In this document: positions 12,903-26,710 of the stretch, one piece after another
How positions within the stretch are numbered: the first letter of the stretch is position 1
Layout: each line of letters opens with the position of its first letter
Source: Amoebidium appalachense
Taxonomy: Eukaryota > Protista > Ichthyosporea
NCBI GenBank assembly: GCA_963693365.1
Contig: CAVNZM010000011.1
Span: 5,599,921-5,663,920, forward strand
Reading direction: 5' to 3'
Length of the DNA: 64,000 nucleotides
Program-made: the position numbers and the translations under genes
The notes under the pieces: model-generated
What the model was told of the DNA's origin: nothing
Database searches by the model: none
Seen by the model: only the letters and a program-made list of their open reading frames with translations

Positions 12903-13240
12903 TCACGAGTTATCCAGTAACAAGTGCATACTGAGATACCTGAACACTGTGTGAAAATCATATAAATACTCAATGTGACGACCAACAGAATTCAACAAAA
13001 AGTCTAAAGTGTTCCCATTGCCAGCTAGTGTAGCAGACACCCGTAGGGAAAGAGGTAAAACGCGACATAAAAACTCACACCTATCAACATGCTTACGATT
13101 AAAAAGTTCAGCACAAAAGTGGCACCAGCGGCGATGAAAACAAGAATTACAGCGCCACTCTGCACAACTTCCCAGGCAATATCAACATCAGAGCACCATA
13201 CAGACGTATCTACTAGGGTGGTATCCATACGTACAGCAGG
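12903..13240 (-). mobile_element. Cys/His Zn-knuckle ORF fragment, probable LINE ORF 3' end, frameshifted
   Basis: Manual translation: VDTSVWCSDVDIAWEVVQ (frameshift) WRCNSCFHRRWCHFCAELFNRKHVDRC..TLDFLLN..LDNS*. Confidence 0.5.
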
Positions 13241-13766
13241 ATATCGTTATCTCTTCCGTATCCGAGAGTGAGGGCTTTTGTATTTTCTTCCGAGATATCG
13301 GTGATATCTCGCTGGCTTCTATTTTGCTGAGCATATCAATAAAGTCATTATAAAAAATATAAAAAATTTGTTTCCCCAAATATTGGGGGATACTTAAGGG
13401 GGTTTCTTTTAGGCGAGTAATTGTCCCCATCCCAGTACATCCGGGTCAAGCCATTTGTTCAGCAAATAAATCATGATATGAACTGCTCCGTGTGTGACAG
13501 TAATTAAGTTTTGGCGCGTGAAAAAAAAAAGTTTCTTATAAAACCAACTAAAGTAGGAATAGAAAACAAAAAAAATAAGAAGGAATATATCTATTTTTTC
13601 CAGGTGTGTTCGTGTCTTTTTGTCTTGTGTGCACCAAGCCAGCGACAACACGAGCGTGACGTTGAAGGGGGAAAAAAAAAAAAGGAAGCTGGGTGGGGGG
13701 AAGAGGGAGGGGAGGCGGCGGGGGGGTTCACTAAGTTGCAAGGTGCGAAGTTTTTTTTTTTCTTTT

Positions 13767-14049
13767 GACTGGATTTATTCGACGGAAAGATATGCAAGTA
13801 TGCACGGCATACTGAGAAGACAATAAAAACTTCACGAGTTATCCAGTAACAAGTGCATACTGAGATACCTGAACACTGTGTGAAAATCATATAAATACTC
13901 AATGTGACGACCAACAGAATTCAACAAAAAGTCTAAAGTGTTCACATTGCCAGCTAGTGTAGCAGATACCCGGAGGGAAAGAGGTAAAACGCGACATAAA
14001 AATTCACACCTATCAACATGCTTGCGATTAAAAAGGTCAGCACAAAAGT
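13767..14049 (-). repeat. 283-bp near-identical copy of 12837-13120
   Basis: Direct sequence match with a few substitutions; bracketed on both sides by aag(T-run)cttttgact. Confidence 0.92.
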
Positions 14050-14086
14050 TTTTTTCTTTTTTCTTTTGACTCGTCAAAAAAAAAAC

Positions 14087-14334
14087 GGCATCACGGGGGT
14101 CCCGTGACGACAGCATCACGGGGGTCCCCATGACATTGACGGGGCAGGACCCGTGGGAAGGCGTCACGTCATCACGAGGGTCCCCTTAACGGGGCAGGAC
14201 CCGTGACGACAGCATCACGGGGGTCCCCATGACGGGGCAGGACCCGTGGGCCCCGTGGCCATCACGGGGGTGGTAGACGTTACGTCATCACGAGGGTCCC
14301 CTTAACGGGTGACCATGATGGGGCAGGACCCGTG
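14087..14334. repeat. GC/CpG-rich mosaic repeat of short modules
   Basis: Shuffled units catcacggggg, gtcccc, ggggcaggacccgtg, acgacag, cgtcatcacgag. Confidence 0.8.
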
Positions 14335-14373
14335 TACGTGGATTTTTTTCTTTTTTTTTTTTTTTTTTTTCTT

Positions 14374-14450
14374 TGGCAATCTCCGGATTTGAACCCGGGA
14401 CTTCGTGCGTCGGAAGCGGGGAGCTTGCCCACCACATAGGCCAAAGCGTC
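14374..14450 (-). pseudogene. tRNA-derived pseudogene or SINE head (possibly Gly-TCC-like) with A-rich tail
   Basis: Minus strand shows A box TGGCCTATGTGG, B box GGTTCAAATCC, T stem CCGG/CCGG, ends CCA then A-rich run; acceptor and anticodon stems pair poorly. Confidence 0.6.
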
Positions 14451-14895
14451 TCCTCAAAATTTAAAATGGTCAGATTAATTAATGTCAAAAAAACAAACAC
14501 ATTATTCGTTCAAAATGCAACTACCCATTGTGGGTTTACGAGAGGAGGGATGGATGTAGTTTATCACAGTCCAGATCACAGCTGCAGTGGGAGAAGGAGG
14601 GAGCAGCATACACGCCCCGTGCACACACAGACTCTCACACGCACGCACACACACACACACAGACGTACACATACACTTACACGTACACGTTCACTTTTAG
14701 CAACGAATTAGACACAAAAAAATTTCGGCCACCTCCAGCAGTCACGGTGACAAGTGTAACTGTACCGCCTGCTCACACATGCACTCGCTTATCCACGTTG
14801 TCTGTCCAGTTGTTTCTTCAACAGCACTGCTGTCGTGACCTCTGCATTGCCCCAACCTGCCACGGCCAAACCCCAAGCAAGGTGGGATGTTTCCT

Positions 14896-14940
<45 letters not shown>

Positions 14941-15123
14941 ACACACTTTTAGACACACCAGCTCTCGACCTATCTGTGGTTTGCCATTTTAGGCATCCAA
15001 TTGTGGATTCCCATGCTAATTCGTACTCCACAGATGTCCTGTCACACCCACGCACAGGCACATACACACACACACAGACACTCACTCACATGCACAGACA
15101 CACTCGCGCGCACGCGCGCGCGT

Positions 15124-15185
<62 letters not shown>

Positions 15186-15431
15186 GCACGCACGCACACA
15201 CATGCACACATGCACACACACACACACACTCGGTACTGTAGATGATGTGGGCCCCCTTTTGATGATCGACTCTGCTTACTAAACATCATTTTTTTGGTTT
15301 GCACTCTGCCTTGTGTTGTTTGTCATGAATGTGAACCTCGTACTCTATGACAAAGATTCTAACCGCTCCCCTTCCCCCAACCCCCCCCCCTCCCTCTGGC
15401 CCCCGTTCGCACACACGCTCGCGCGTGCGCG

Positions 15432-15505
<74 letters not shown>

Positions 15506-15718
15506 CCCCCTGGCCCCCAGTCTCCATTCGAGGGGCTACTCTGTTTTACCCCCCATAGGAAAAGGATCGGTTATCAATATACTTGCGCAGAAATAGTGTT
15601 TTGTTAAACCCTTCCAAAAACGTGATATTCTCTGGATTTCATTGGTCGTGTTTGATTGAGATAGCCATAAAAGGCTAAATTATGCCTAAATGACTCACAA
15701 TGATTGGTGCATGCACAG

Positions 15719-15776
15719 GGGCTCACTGCCCACTACCTGACGAGGGGGAGGAACAGCAATGCCGTCCTGGTAACAT

Positions 15777-15808
<32 letters not shown>

Positions 15809-16177
15809 CCCCCCCCTCCCCACCCCACCTTTCCCCCCCTCCCTTGTGATCATTTTTTTTTGTCTCTAAAGTGTTGCTTCTTTTGCATCCAAGTGTATGG
15901 AATTCCAAATATCTTAGTTCTATCTTTCATCCCCACCCTCCACCGCGTACCACACCTTCTTTCATCTCCCCTCCCCACATAATGTTGTTAATATGAACGA
16001 ATTTATGTAATTGCGGAAGTAATCGCAAAGGTGAATTGCATAGTTTATTCGGAAAACTGACCCAACAACCCCCAGCTGCGAGGCATGGGGGAGTTCCGAA
16101 AATACAGCGAGGACGTGCCCCTGATCTACGGGGACTACTACTATTTGCAGGCCCTATTGCGATTGTCAGGAAAAGTG
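15719..16177 (+). pseudogene. Two-exon 3' remnant of a GH88 paralogue
   Basis: Exons 15719-15769 (GLTAHYLTRGRNSNAVL) and 16076-16177 ([34 protein letters not shown]) match exons 32287-32339 and 33321-33422 with the same donors; no upstream GH88 exons found. Confidence 0.8.
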
Positions 16178-16583
16178 GTAGGAACTTAAGTTATGTTGTA
16201 TTATGCATACTCTTGATGTATGGCTTGCATTCTGCATCGTGTTATCCGTTTGTTCTTGTGCACTTCGTACTTTTTGACGCATTCAAACCCCCCCCCCCCC
16301 CCTCCAAAAAAAAAAAAAAAAAAAAAAAAGAAAACAAAATGCACCCTTCCTTCCCTTACATGCTCATTCACACTCCTCGGTGCCGTTTCTAGCAGTGTAG
16401 GTCGGAGTTCATGTATTTAACCGTTTTCTATGAGCACTTATGTTGTGTATTGCCATGTTCTTTGTTCTTTCATTGAATGCCATGTTCGATCCCCCCCCCC
16501 CCCCCCCCCCCCTATCCCCCCCCCTCCCCCCCCCCCCCCCCCCCCCCCACCTGCTCCCCGAGGAAAGCCCGCAAACAGTCAGT

Positions 16584-16630
<47 letters not shown>

Positions 16631-16852
16631 GCGCGCGTGCGCGCGCGCGCGCGCGCACATGACACACACACACCTCTCCCTTCCCAAAACACACAATCGT
16701 CGGGCAATCCCAAACATATGCGAATCACTTTGCATTCCAAAAATGTGCATTCTACGAATACTTTTTTGGTAACCAAATACAGCCTTTCTGAAATCAGCAC
16801 ACCTGCAACCTCGATCAACGGCCGGCCGACGGTGACGTAGATGTGACCCCGC

Positions 16853-16893
<41 letters not shown>

Positions 16894-17004
16894 CCCCTCC
16901 TCTTCCTCCTCTCCCCACCACACATGTACACACACCTTCTTTCTGTTCTTCACATTATTGCGAACCCTCCCCCCCCCCCCCCCCCCCTCCCCACTCCCCC
17001 CCCC

Positions 17005-17717
17005 CTCGTCTTTGATCAAGACGGGTTGACCCACCCAAGTTCAGTTGATGCTGCTGTCTGAGTTGGAGCGTCGTATATACGCGGGCTAAGGGGTCGAAAC
17101 TCAGACGCAATTGATGACTTGGGCCCTCCCTGAGGATGGGCTCTGCTTATGACGCATACTGTGCGCATGGCTGATGCTGCATACTTGAATGTTTGCCTTT
17201 GCATGTGTCCTGCACCATGCTTCTCATCGTGTATGCGTACTTCGTACTGTGTTCCGCATTCAAACCCCCCCCTGTCTTCTTTCAGAGGTGTCCTTTCAGG
17301 ACAGACCACTGTGTGGAGACATCTTTACTTCCATGCAACCGGGCATGGTTGCTCTGTGTCGTGCATCTGTAAGCACATACGCGTTTGTCGCTGCACTGCA
17401 TTAGTTTGCACATACATCTTCACCGTTTTGCTCACCTTGCTTGCATAAGCAACCCTGCTCGTCTTTGATCAAGACGGGTTGACCCACCCAAGTTCAGTTG
17501 ATGCTGCTGTCTGAGTTGGAGCGTCGTATATACGCGGGCTAAGGGGTCGAAACTCAGACGCAATTGATGACTTGGGCCCTCCCTGAGGATGGGCTCTGCT
17601 TATGACGCATACTGTGCGCATGGCTGATGCTGCATACTTGAATGTTTGCCTTTGCATGTGTCCTGCACCATGCTTCTCATCGTGTATGCGTACTTCGTAC
17701 TGTGTTCCGCATTCAAA
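17005..17717 (+). repeat. ~1.6 units of the ~450-bp structured tandem repeat (subfamily B)
   Basis: 453-bp period (repeated ORFs at 17016/17469); nearly identical to the 48987-51364 array; flanked by poly-C. Confidence 0.95.
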
Positions 17718-18679
17718 CCCCCCCCCCCCCCACACACACACACACACACACACGCTGTATGAAAGCGCTCTTATGCCTACCCATATATATCTCGTGGAGT
17801 CACTTAGTCTAATATGGTACTACTTCACATGCATGAACAATGAACTTGCACAGGTGTAACTGTGTATGTGCATAGGGCTTTTGGGATTTCAAACATAAGC
17901 AACTTTTTTCTTTAAGTTACTACTATGGACGATTGTATCACATGTAAAGCTGAAGCTTTTTATTGTTCGAGTCGTGATTAACTTATAGTGTTGCATAGCT
18001 ATTGAAAATGTGTGTTTTTTATATGTCTAAGTGCCGATCTGTGAAGTGGACAATATTTGGAACTGTGTATAGGCCGCTAAGACTTTGGGGTGTAAATACT
18101 TACCTGTAAAAGGTGTCAGTGTCTGTTATTACATATTCCAGTTCTCGGATTTCAGGAATTATCACATATACAATTATAAGTTAGTCTAGCCAGAACTTCA
18201 TCGAATTTAAATTTATGTTCATGCATGACATGCACGCTGTAACTTCTGAGTTGTATAAATTGTAAATTAGAATGGCTGGTGCGTCTTTTCCCAATTGTTA
18301 TGTGTGCATTAGAATAGCAAGGCTTTACAAGAAGATCGCAATACCATGCCCATTTGCCATGCCTCTCAAATATTAGTGTACAGATGCTATATTTGTACAT
18401 ATCATCCCATCAACCTTCTGTCGGCAACTAAACCCTTTTATTTAAACTTTAACCTTTAGTATATGGTAATTAAAAAAAAAAAATTCTGCTTACTATGGCA
18501 TCAAACCGATGGTGGTGGGTCCGCCCACGCGTGTTATCACTAACACCTGTTGCATATGGGGACAAACTCCCCGGGCAGAGCTGAGAGACTGAGCTCTTCC
18601 AACACAAATTTATAGTATTTTGTTGGCAACGCCTGAATTTAAGATTTAAACACGATGTAGCCGCACACACAAAAGTACC

Positions 18680-18790
18680 GTAGCACCCTAGCTAGAGTGC
18701 TGTGGGTGCTGGGTGGAAGACGGTAGTTTCCCATAAGGTTCCCGAGGGGTCCCTCCGGGAACAAAACGAGATAAAATAAAATAAAAAAAA
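18680..18790. repeat. Dispersed repeat shared with ~57537-57645
   Basis: tagcaccctagctag..cggtagtt(t)cccataagg..gggaacaaaacg(a/g)gataaa at both loci, same orientation. Confidence 0.7.
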
Positions 18791-19002
18791 ACCCTGCACA
18801 CACCCAGCAGCACCGTGCAATCAACAATTCAAGTGATTATGTGCATGCACACTACTCCAATATTGCAGTACTCCGGTTCGCTTTTTAGTAAATCAACACC
18901 ATCCACACGCTAGTACAACTATTGCAACCGGTCCTAGCTTAATTACCCCCTCTCGTGCCCTCTCTCTCCGCCCGGTCAGGCCCATTAACAACTAACTAAT
19001 GC

Positions 19003-19042
<40 letters not shown>

Positions 19043-19270
19043 CCTTCCCCTCCCCCTTCCCCCGGTTCCGGTCCCCTTCCCTCGGGAAATTCCTCAATCT
19101 TTTCACCGGGAAAAAAGAGGCTTCAACTTCACCGGAAGCTCAGAAAGAAAGAAAAGAACCATAGGGAAACTTTAAACCCAAACTGTACATGTTACCAAAC
19201 TGGTATTGTTTCATGAACATGCGCATTTTAATTACAGGCAATAGTAGCTTGGACACACACACACACGTGG

Positions 19271-19312
<42 letters not shown>

Positions 19313-19369
19313 GTGACAGACGGACACGCACACACACACACACACACACAACCTCAAACACACACACAA

Positions 19370-19409
<40 letters not shown>

Positions 19410-19547
19410 ACACGGGCACCCTGACATCCCCCCCCCCCCACACACACATAAATCACGCACACACACCGTGACACACACACACACCGTGCACACAGGCACA
19501 CGCACACACGCACACACACACACCCGCACCCACAGCCACACGCAACC

Positions 19548-19599
<52 letters not shown>

Positions 19600-20649
19600 A
19601 CACACACGCACATCGTTCACACACATATATATGCATGTGCATGCACGAGCACACGTGTGTGATTCGGTGTTTGCGGAACAGGCGCTCAACGTGGTGCAGA
19701 CCTCGCACACACGCACACACACGAGACGAGAGCGCGCACACGCATTTAGCACAGGTATACTGACCATGAATAGTCTTCGCGCGCCCGGTGTCCATGGCCA
19801 AATTTAAAAGAAACAACTTTGAAAACAAAACCAAGCAAACACGGCTGCAGCCTAGCCACATGGCCGGATGTTCGAACCCTGCGACGGCCGGCTCACCGCG
19901 GCACAAAGGAGCGCGGAGGTGGGCGGATCGATTCCGGATCCAGCAACTCGGGAGCTCGCGGCCGCGGCGTAGCTACTAGAAGCTCTAGCCTTAGTATTTG
20001 CAGTTCATTATTAATGCTCTATAATCGCTAACTGACAAACGGATTAGAACTTTTTTAATTGATGAGAAATAGTCTATCTTTTTCTGATGTCCTTCATACA
20101 TCCAAGGAGCTGCCATGTCCACCAGGAGTGACACCAGCAGTAGCTTGACCATCATACAGATAAATTTACCCTGCTCTGATAGTGATGACCACCAATCGGA
20201 AGACGTTTTAGCACAGTTCCCCTAGAGCGTACGTGAGAATTTGCGTTATCCATCTAAATGAAATTACCAAAGACTACCAAGATTCTGCCGGGAATCTGCC
20301 CTGCCAACATGAAAAATTCAAAGTCATCAAATGAAAGAGTCTCGAAGCCTTAAGTCTTGAATTCTCTTCGTATTGGTTTATAATTCTAAGTGGCATACTA
20401 CCTACCGTATAGTGGCATTTATGATTTTCAATCTTTTGAAAACTCTTTTTGTCTGATATGTAAATGTAAAATTCCGTAGACCCCCAAGCCCTAAGTATAG
20501 GCTGATTCATGATAAAAGTTCGTCATCCAACCAGATTCCGGCGGGTTGACGCCGCGCGAAAGCAAACACTCAGAAAGTGGCCACGCCCTTTCACTTCCGT
20601 GTTTGTTTTTACAGTTTTTCGCTGTGAGTTGGTTCAGGCGATTTTAACA

Positions 20650-20710
20650 ATGGTCAGGGTTTGGGTCCCGAATCTGCTTCTGGCAGTCGCCGTTGTCGAA
20701 ATCACTTTGG

Positions 20711-20757
<47 letters not shown>

Positions 20758-21877
20758 CTCCACCCCCTCCAGGCTCCTCCTTTAACACCTTTTACTCCCC
20801 AATAATACACACAGACACACACACCCTTCACCCTTTTTGTGAACCGCCTCCATCCCTCCCCTCCCCCCCATCATTCACTCTCCCCTTTCCATAGTACGTG
20901 AAGTGGGTGCGTGGAATACAAAGCAGCCACCATTATTAGCAACTTTGCATAGGGCTAGAAGATTCCCTTCTGCATCTTTTATGTTTCCGGTTGGGTGTTC
21001 AGTTATCAGTTTTGCTACGTCCGTAACCTCTTGTATATCTATTTTGCTGAACGCTTTTAAAACATGAAAGCCACTTAAATAGAGGGCAAGTCCTCCCCCC
21101 CCCCCCCCCTCCCTCCCCCCCTCCTCTCCCCCCTCCTTCCCCACACGGTAGTTTGCACTCTGCGTTTGTGTTTTCTGTTATGAATGTGTACTTCGAACTC
21201 TATAATGCTTTCTACCCTCTTCCCCCCCTCCCCTTCACCCCCCTCCCCCCCCCCCCCTCCCCCCCCCCCCCCCCCCCCCATACACACACACACGCACACG
21301 CAAAAAAAAAAGGGGGGAGAAAAAATGGCTCTGTTGATGGTGCATCCCTTTTACCCACTCGCCCTGATAGATGTTTATCGAGTATTCACACTCAAATCAA
21401 TAAATTCAGGCGGCCCCTCTCCAAGACACTGGGAGTAGGCTAGAGACAGTCAGCGATCACCACAGTGTAAGCAGGAGGGCTGTAGACTTAACAGGCATCA
21501 TCTCTTACGTCAAGGCCCAGGTGGGGGTTCGAAGTTTTTTGCCTTTTTCCCCCCTTTCAAAGTTTTTTCGGTTGATATCACTTTCCAGCTCTCCTGTCTC
21601 CGGTTTGAGCTTATTGCCACAGAAGTCAACCGGTGCACCATTAAAGAGTTAATCATTTTTCCAGCCTCTTAATAAACATTTGGGGTTCTCAATCCCAATC
21701 CCCTCCACCCTCTCGTTTCGCTCCTTCATCCCAACTGTTCCGAGATCCCTCTTCCGGTTTCAACCAGATCTCGTTGTTATTGCAGTGCATGCCAGCACCT
21801 CCCACTATGCTTTCTAGCTCCTTCCTGTTCGGATCATTCAACTCCCCCTAAACGCGTGCACACACACACACACACAT

Positions 21878-21949
<72 letters not shown>

Positions 21950-22041
21950 TTCACTGTGGGAAAGTCTGAGGGAGTGTGGGGGATAAGGTGGGGGTAAGGA
22001 AGGGAGGGAGAGGTGAGAGGTAGAGCTATAGGTGTGAAGAA

Positions 22042-22089
<48 letters not shown>

Positions 22090-22195
22090 ACACACACACA
22101 CCTTTCACTGTGGGAAAGTCTGACGGAGTGTGGGGGATAAGGTGGGGGTAAGGAAGGGAGGGAGAGGTGAGAGGTAGAGCTATAGGTGTGAAGAA

Positions 22196-22275
<80 letters not shown>

Positions 22276-22447
22276 AAAAAAAGAAAGAAGAAAAAAAACC
22301 AGAGCAGGGGCCCACGGGTACGGGGGAAGGTTGAAAAAATGCTTAGACGATATGCCCCCAGGCCCTCAAGACAGACAAACAGGTGGCCAAGGGCCAATAC
22401 CCACACGGTGGGAAATGTACCACCTGCCCAGGTACGTGTGTGTGTGT

Positions 22448-22483
<36 letters not shown>

Positions 22484-23045
22484 GTGTGTGCGTGCGCACG
22501 CGGGTGCATGCGTGTGTGCACACACACTTTTGTGTCCATGTATGTGTGTGTGTGTGTGTGCTTGTGTGTATGAGTGTGCTTGCGTAACTTTTAATAATGT
22601 GGTTTTGTGCCCGTGGGGAGGTGTGTGTGTGCGAGTTTGTGTGTGTGTGTGTGTGTGTCAGTGCACGTGTGTGTGTGTATGCGTGAAAGGGTGGATGTGC
22701 CTGCCTTGGTGCGCTCTCAGGGGCCACCGGTGGGGTGGGGTCCGGGGGGGGGGGGGGGCAGGGCGAGGGGGAAGAGGTGTGCGCGCATGAATAGGCACTT
22801 TCGTGTGTGCCAAATGTCTTTATTTTTTTTTTTTAACATGCGAATACTACAAGCGTCTAAAAATAGCTCTATGTAAACAGGTAAAGAAATGCTGTTACTT
22901 GTGTCTGTCTGTGAGTGCACTCGCAATTGGGGAATGTAAACAGGCAGGGAGAATCGACCCTTCAAAATTGGTTTTATAGATTTGAAAAAAAGTAGGAATG
23001 TTTTTGTTAAACCAAAAAAAGAGTAGGAATATGTATGCCTTTGTT

Positions 23046-23105
<60 letters not shown>

Positions 23106-23307
23106 TTTTTTGCCCCAGTCAATTCTTGGAAAGGGAGAGATGGGTTATTTATTGATGCAAGGAAGTCATTTCCGCTGCCCAATTGCGACTTTGTGCTAAT
23201 GTGCACCGCATTCTAGATCCCCCCGCCCCGCCCCTTCATCCCTCCCCACTCATCCCCACTCCTCCTTTCCCCACCTAAGGGCTTTCATCCTTTCTTCTCC
23301 TTCCGTT

Positions 23308-23339
<32 letters not shown>

Positions 23340-25902
23340 GTTTTGAATAGATTGGGCCGTTGAAAAACCCAAGAGATGGGTTAGTGGGTTTTTCCCCGGG
23401 ATTCTCCTTCTGCTGGCTGCAAATGCAAAGGCTAACGGGAATACGACGGAGTATAATGACTGGATGAGCAGGTGTGTGTGTGTTTGTGTTGGGGGAGGAG
23501 GGGGGGGGGGGAAGGGGGGTGTGCGAGGGTGGGTGGGTGGAGTGGAGGGGGGATGGAGGATGGGTGTGTGGGTGAATGTGGATGTGTGTGTGGGGGGGGG
23601 GGGGGGGGGGCACGTGTGTGTTTGTGTTTGTGTGTGCATGTGTGTGTGTGTGCGTACACGTGTGTGAATATATGTGCACGTGTCTGTGTGTGTGTGTGTG
23701 TGTGTGTATGAGCACGTGTGTGTGTGTGTGTGTGTGTTTGTGTGTGCTTGTGTGTGTGTACACGTGTGTGTGTGTCGTTGAATGTGGGCATTTCAAGTGT
23801 GTTTGTGTGTGTCTCTGGCCAACGTTAACCTTGTGTTGTCCGTCGTCAATGTGTACTTCGTACTGTAACACATTCTTACATGTCCCCCCCCCCCCCCCTC
23901 CCTCGGTACCAGCTCCCCATCTATCACACACACACACGTACACAATCATGCTCTGCTGAACTCCGCCGTTCTTCCTTGCTCATGCGTTTCTCTCTGCCCA
24001 TACAAACTACCACGAACACAACACACAAGCGCTGACTCACACGTACACACGTGCACAGACACGCAACACGCACTAACATATAGAGCCCTGCATAGCACAC
24101 GAGATACTTTTCATACCATTCAAGCACACTTACACCCACAAGACCGCGCGCGCGCGCACACACACACACACACACATACACACACACACACACATGTGAA
24201 CACGTACACCTCCATAGATACCCACAGACCCCCCTCCCCCCTCCCCCCACCCCTCCCCCCCCCCCCCCCCCCCTCCCCCACCCACCCACCCACATCTGGC
24301 CCAAACCCGCTAATTCAAAAAATAGGGTATTTATTTTAAGGGCGTACCGCATCCAATCATTCGGCGCCAATTTTTTTAAGGGCGTACCGCATCCAATCGG
24401 CTGATATGACTTCCAAAAATCGGATCGTCTAAGCCAGCGAATCAATTTCGGTAACGGCCAATCCAAGCCGTTGCGGCAGAAAAAACTGGTATGCTCAGCG
24501 GGTTGTTCCAACTTACATCGGACTTAATCGCAGTAATCATAGCGCGAAACCGTGCAATAAAGCAGTATAAGGATAGTATAATACCATATTCTAAAGCAGC
24601 AGAGTTTGCGCTCGTTTCTACTAGAAAAAAGCGCTCTTTGTTCTTTAGCTATTGGGGCGGTAGATTCACCGCCCGCTACAGAAATTTTACCGCGCTCATA
24701 ATCAGATCGACGAAAAAGGAAAGAGATCGGAATGCGGAAAATAGGCCCCCAAGCGTTAGCGCAAGTTGGCGCTATGACCCACCACCTGCCCACCTCTCTT
24801 CCCCCCTGCCCCCCTCCTCCCTCCCCCCTCCCAGTGAAACAGTATCTGAGTTGGGTTTCGTTAACGAGGGGAATAGGTCGAAACTCGGGTACTGTGGATG
24901 ACGTGGGCCCCCCCTGAGGATGGGCTCTACTTATTATGCATACTCTTTATGTATGGCTTGCATTCTGCATCGTGTTATCCGTTTGTTCTTGTGTACTTCG
25001 TACTTTTTGACGCATTCAAACCCCCCCCCCCCCCCCTCCCTCTCCCTCCTCCCCTCCAAACACACCCACGTCCACACCCACACATACACGTGAGCACAAA
25101 CACTCCACGCTTCCTCCTCCCCCCCACCCCCCCCCCCCCCCCCCCCCCCCCAACGTACCCCAAATCCCCCCCCCTCCCCCCCCCCGGCCTCCCATTTTTT
25201 CCGTGCCTCCCCATCTCCCATTTTTGGTTTTTCTCAGAGCACGTGCCCGTATGGACGCTGGTTTGAGGGAGCAGGCATTCGACACAACCACACACGATGT
25301 CGGGATGAAGATTTTCCCATCGTTTGGTCAGGCATTTTTCATTGAAGGTTGGTAAAATGCTCCCCATCCGTATTCAAACCCCCCCCCCCCCCCTCTTTCC
25401 GGGAAATGTTACGAAAGAAATAAAGGGAGTAGAAAGAGAGTATCAGAACAGAAAAGGGGGGGGGGGGGGGGGGGGGGGGGGGGTAGAAAGAAGAAGAGAG
25501 AGACAGACAAAATGATGGAAATGAAAATCGGAAGAAAAGGGGAAAGGAAAGAACAGAGTAGAAGTTTCCCTTTTTCTCACTTGTTTTTTTTCCCACTTCC
25601 CAGGTCAGGCACAGGACAAACAGACGGTTCTTGACGGAGCAGCCACCTTAATCAAACGCTTTAACCCTACGGTAGGGGCAATCAAGAGCTGGGACACGGA
25701 AAAGTTTAAAGAACCGGCAAAATCATACGCCTGGCCCGTCGTTATAGGTAAGGGCTTGAATTTTTTAAGCTTGTATCTTTTTAAGTTGGTGATGTTACAC
25801 GGCACATGAGAAATGTTTATGTTGTATGGGCTTATTTGTGGTGTACAGTGTTACATGCATACACACATATATACACACACATGCACGCACGCACACGCAC
25901 AG

Positions 25903-25934
<32 letters not shown>

Positions 25935-26041
25935 ATCCACATACATACACACACACACACACTCATTCACTCACATACATACAAACACACACACACACAC
26001 TCACTGGATCAATCGCTCACTCACGCACTCCCTCCCAATTC

Positions 26042-26073
<32 letters not shown>

Positions 26074-26295
26074 ACCCACCCACCCATACCAACACAGACA
26101 ACATAATGAATCTGGAGATTCTTTTCTGGGCTGCTGCAAACGGGGGGAGTGCCGAGCTTCAAAACGTCGCAACCAAACACGCAGAGACATGTAACAACCT
26201 CCTTCCCCCCCCCCTTCCCCCCCCCCACACACACACACATACACACTGACTCCCATCCTCCCCTCCCCCCTCCCCTCCTCCCCCCCCTTCCCCCC

Positions 26296-26330
<35 letters not shown>

Positions 26331-26645
26331 GGTGCATTAGTAACCCAAGTTTTAAGTACAATGTCGTTTTTGTATGCCTGTCAAAGATCGACTCTTCATT
26401 TTTGAATTTCTCGGATATCAATATTTTCTGGAAATCTAATTCCTGAATGTATATCAATGCTGGGTACCTATATTATCTGGTTATTTATTTCTTGGATATG
26501 TTGACTGGGCTGCCCTTTACCCCGAAGTCTGTTTTTTCCCCAGATCTACTGTGGCAAAGTATCTGCACTTTCTCATTTCTCATCCTCGCAACAACAACAC
26601 CACACCCCCCCCCCCCCCCCCCCCCCCTACAAAAAAAAACCGCAG

Positions 26646-26710
<65 letters not shown>

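Noticed and set aside
13751-14450. Single composite SINE (tRNA head + GC core + LINE tail + poly-A)
   Set aside because: The order fits, but the LINE-like part has its own flanking direct repeat, favouring an independent insertion.
17850-18400. AT-rich stretch as decayed LINE or viral gene
   Set aside because: No motif convincing enough in any frame.
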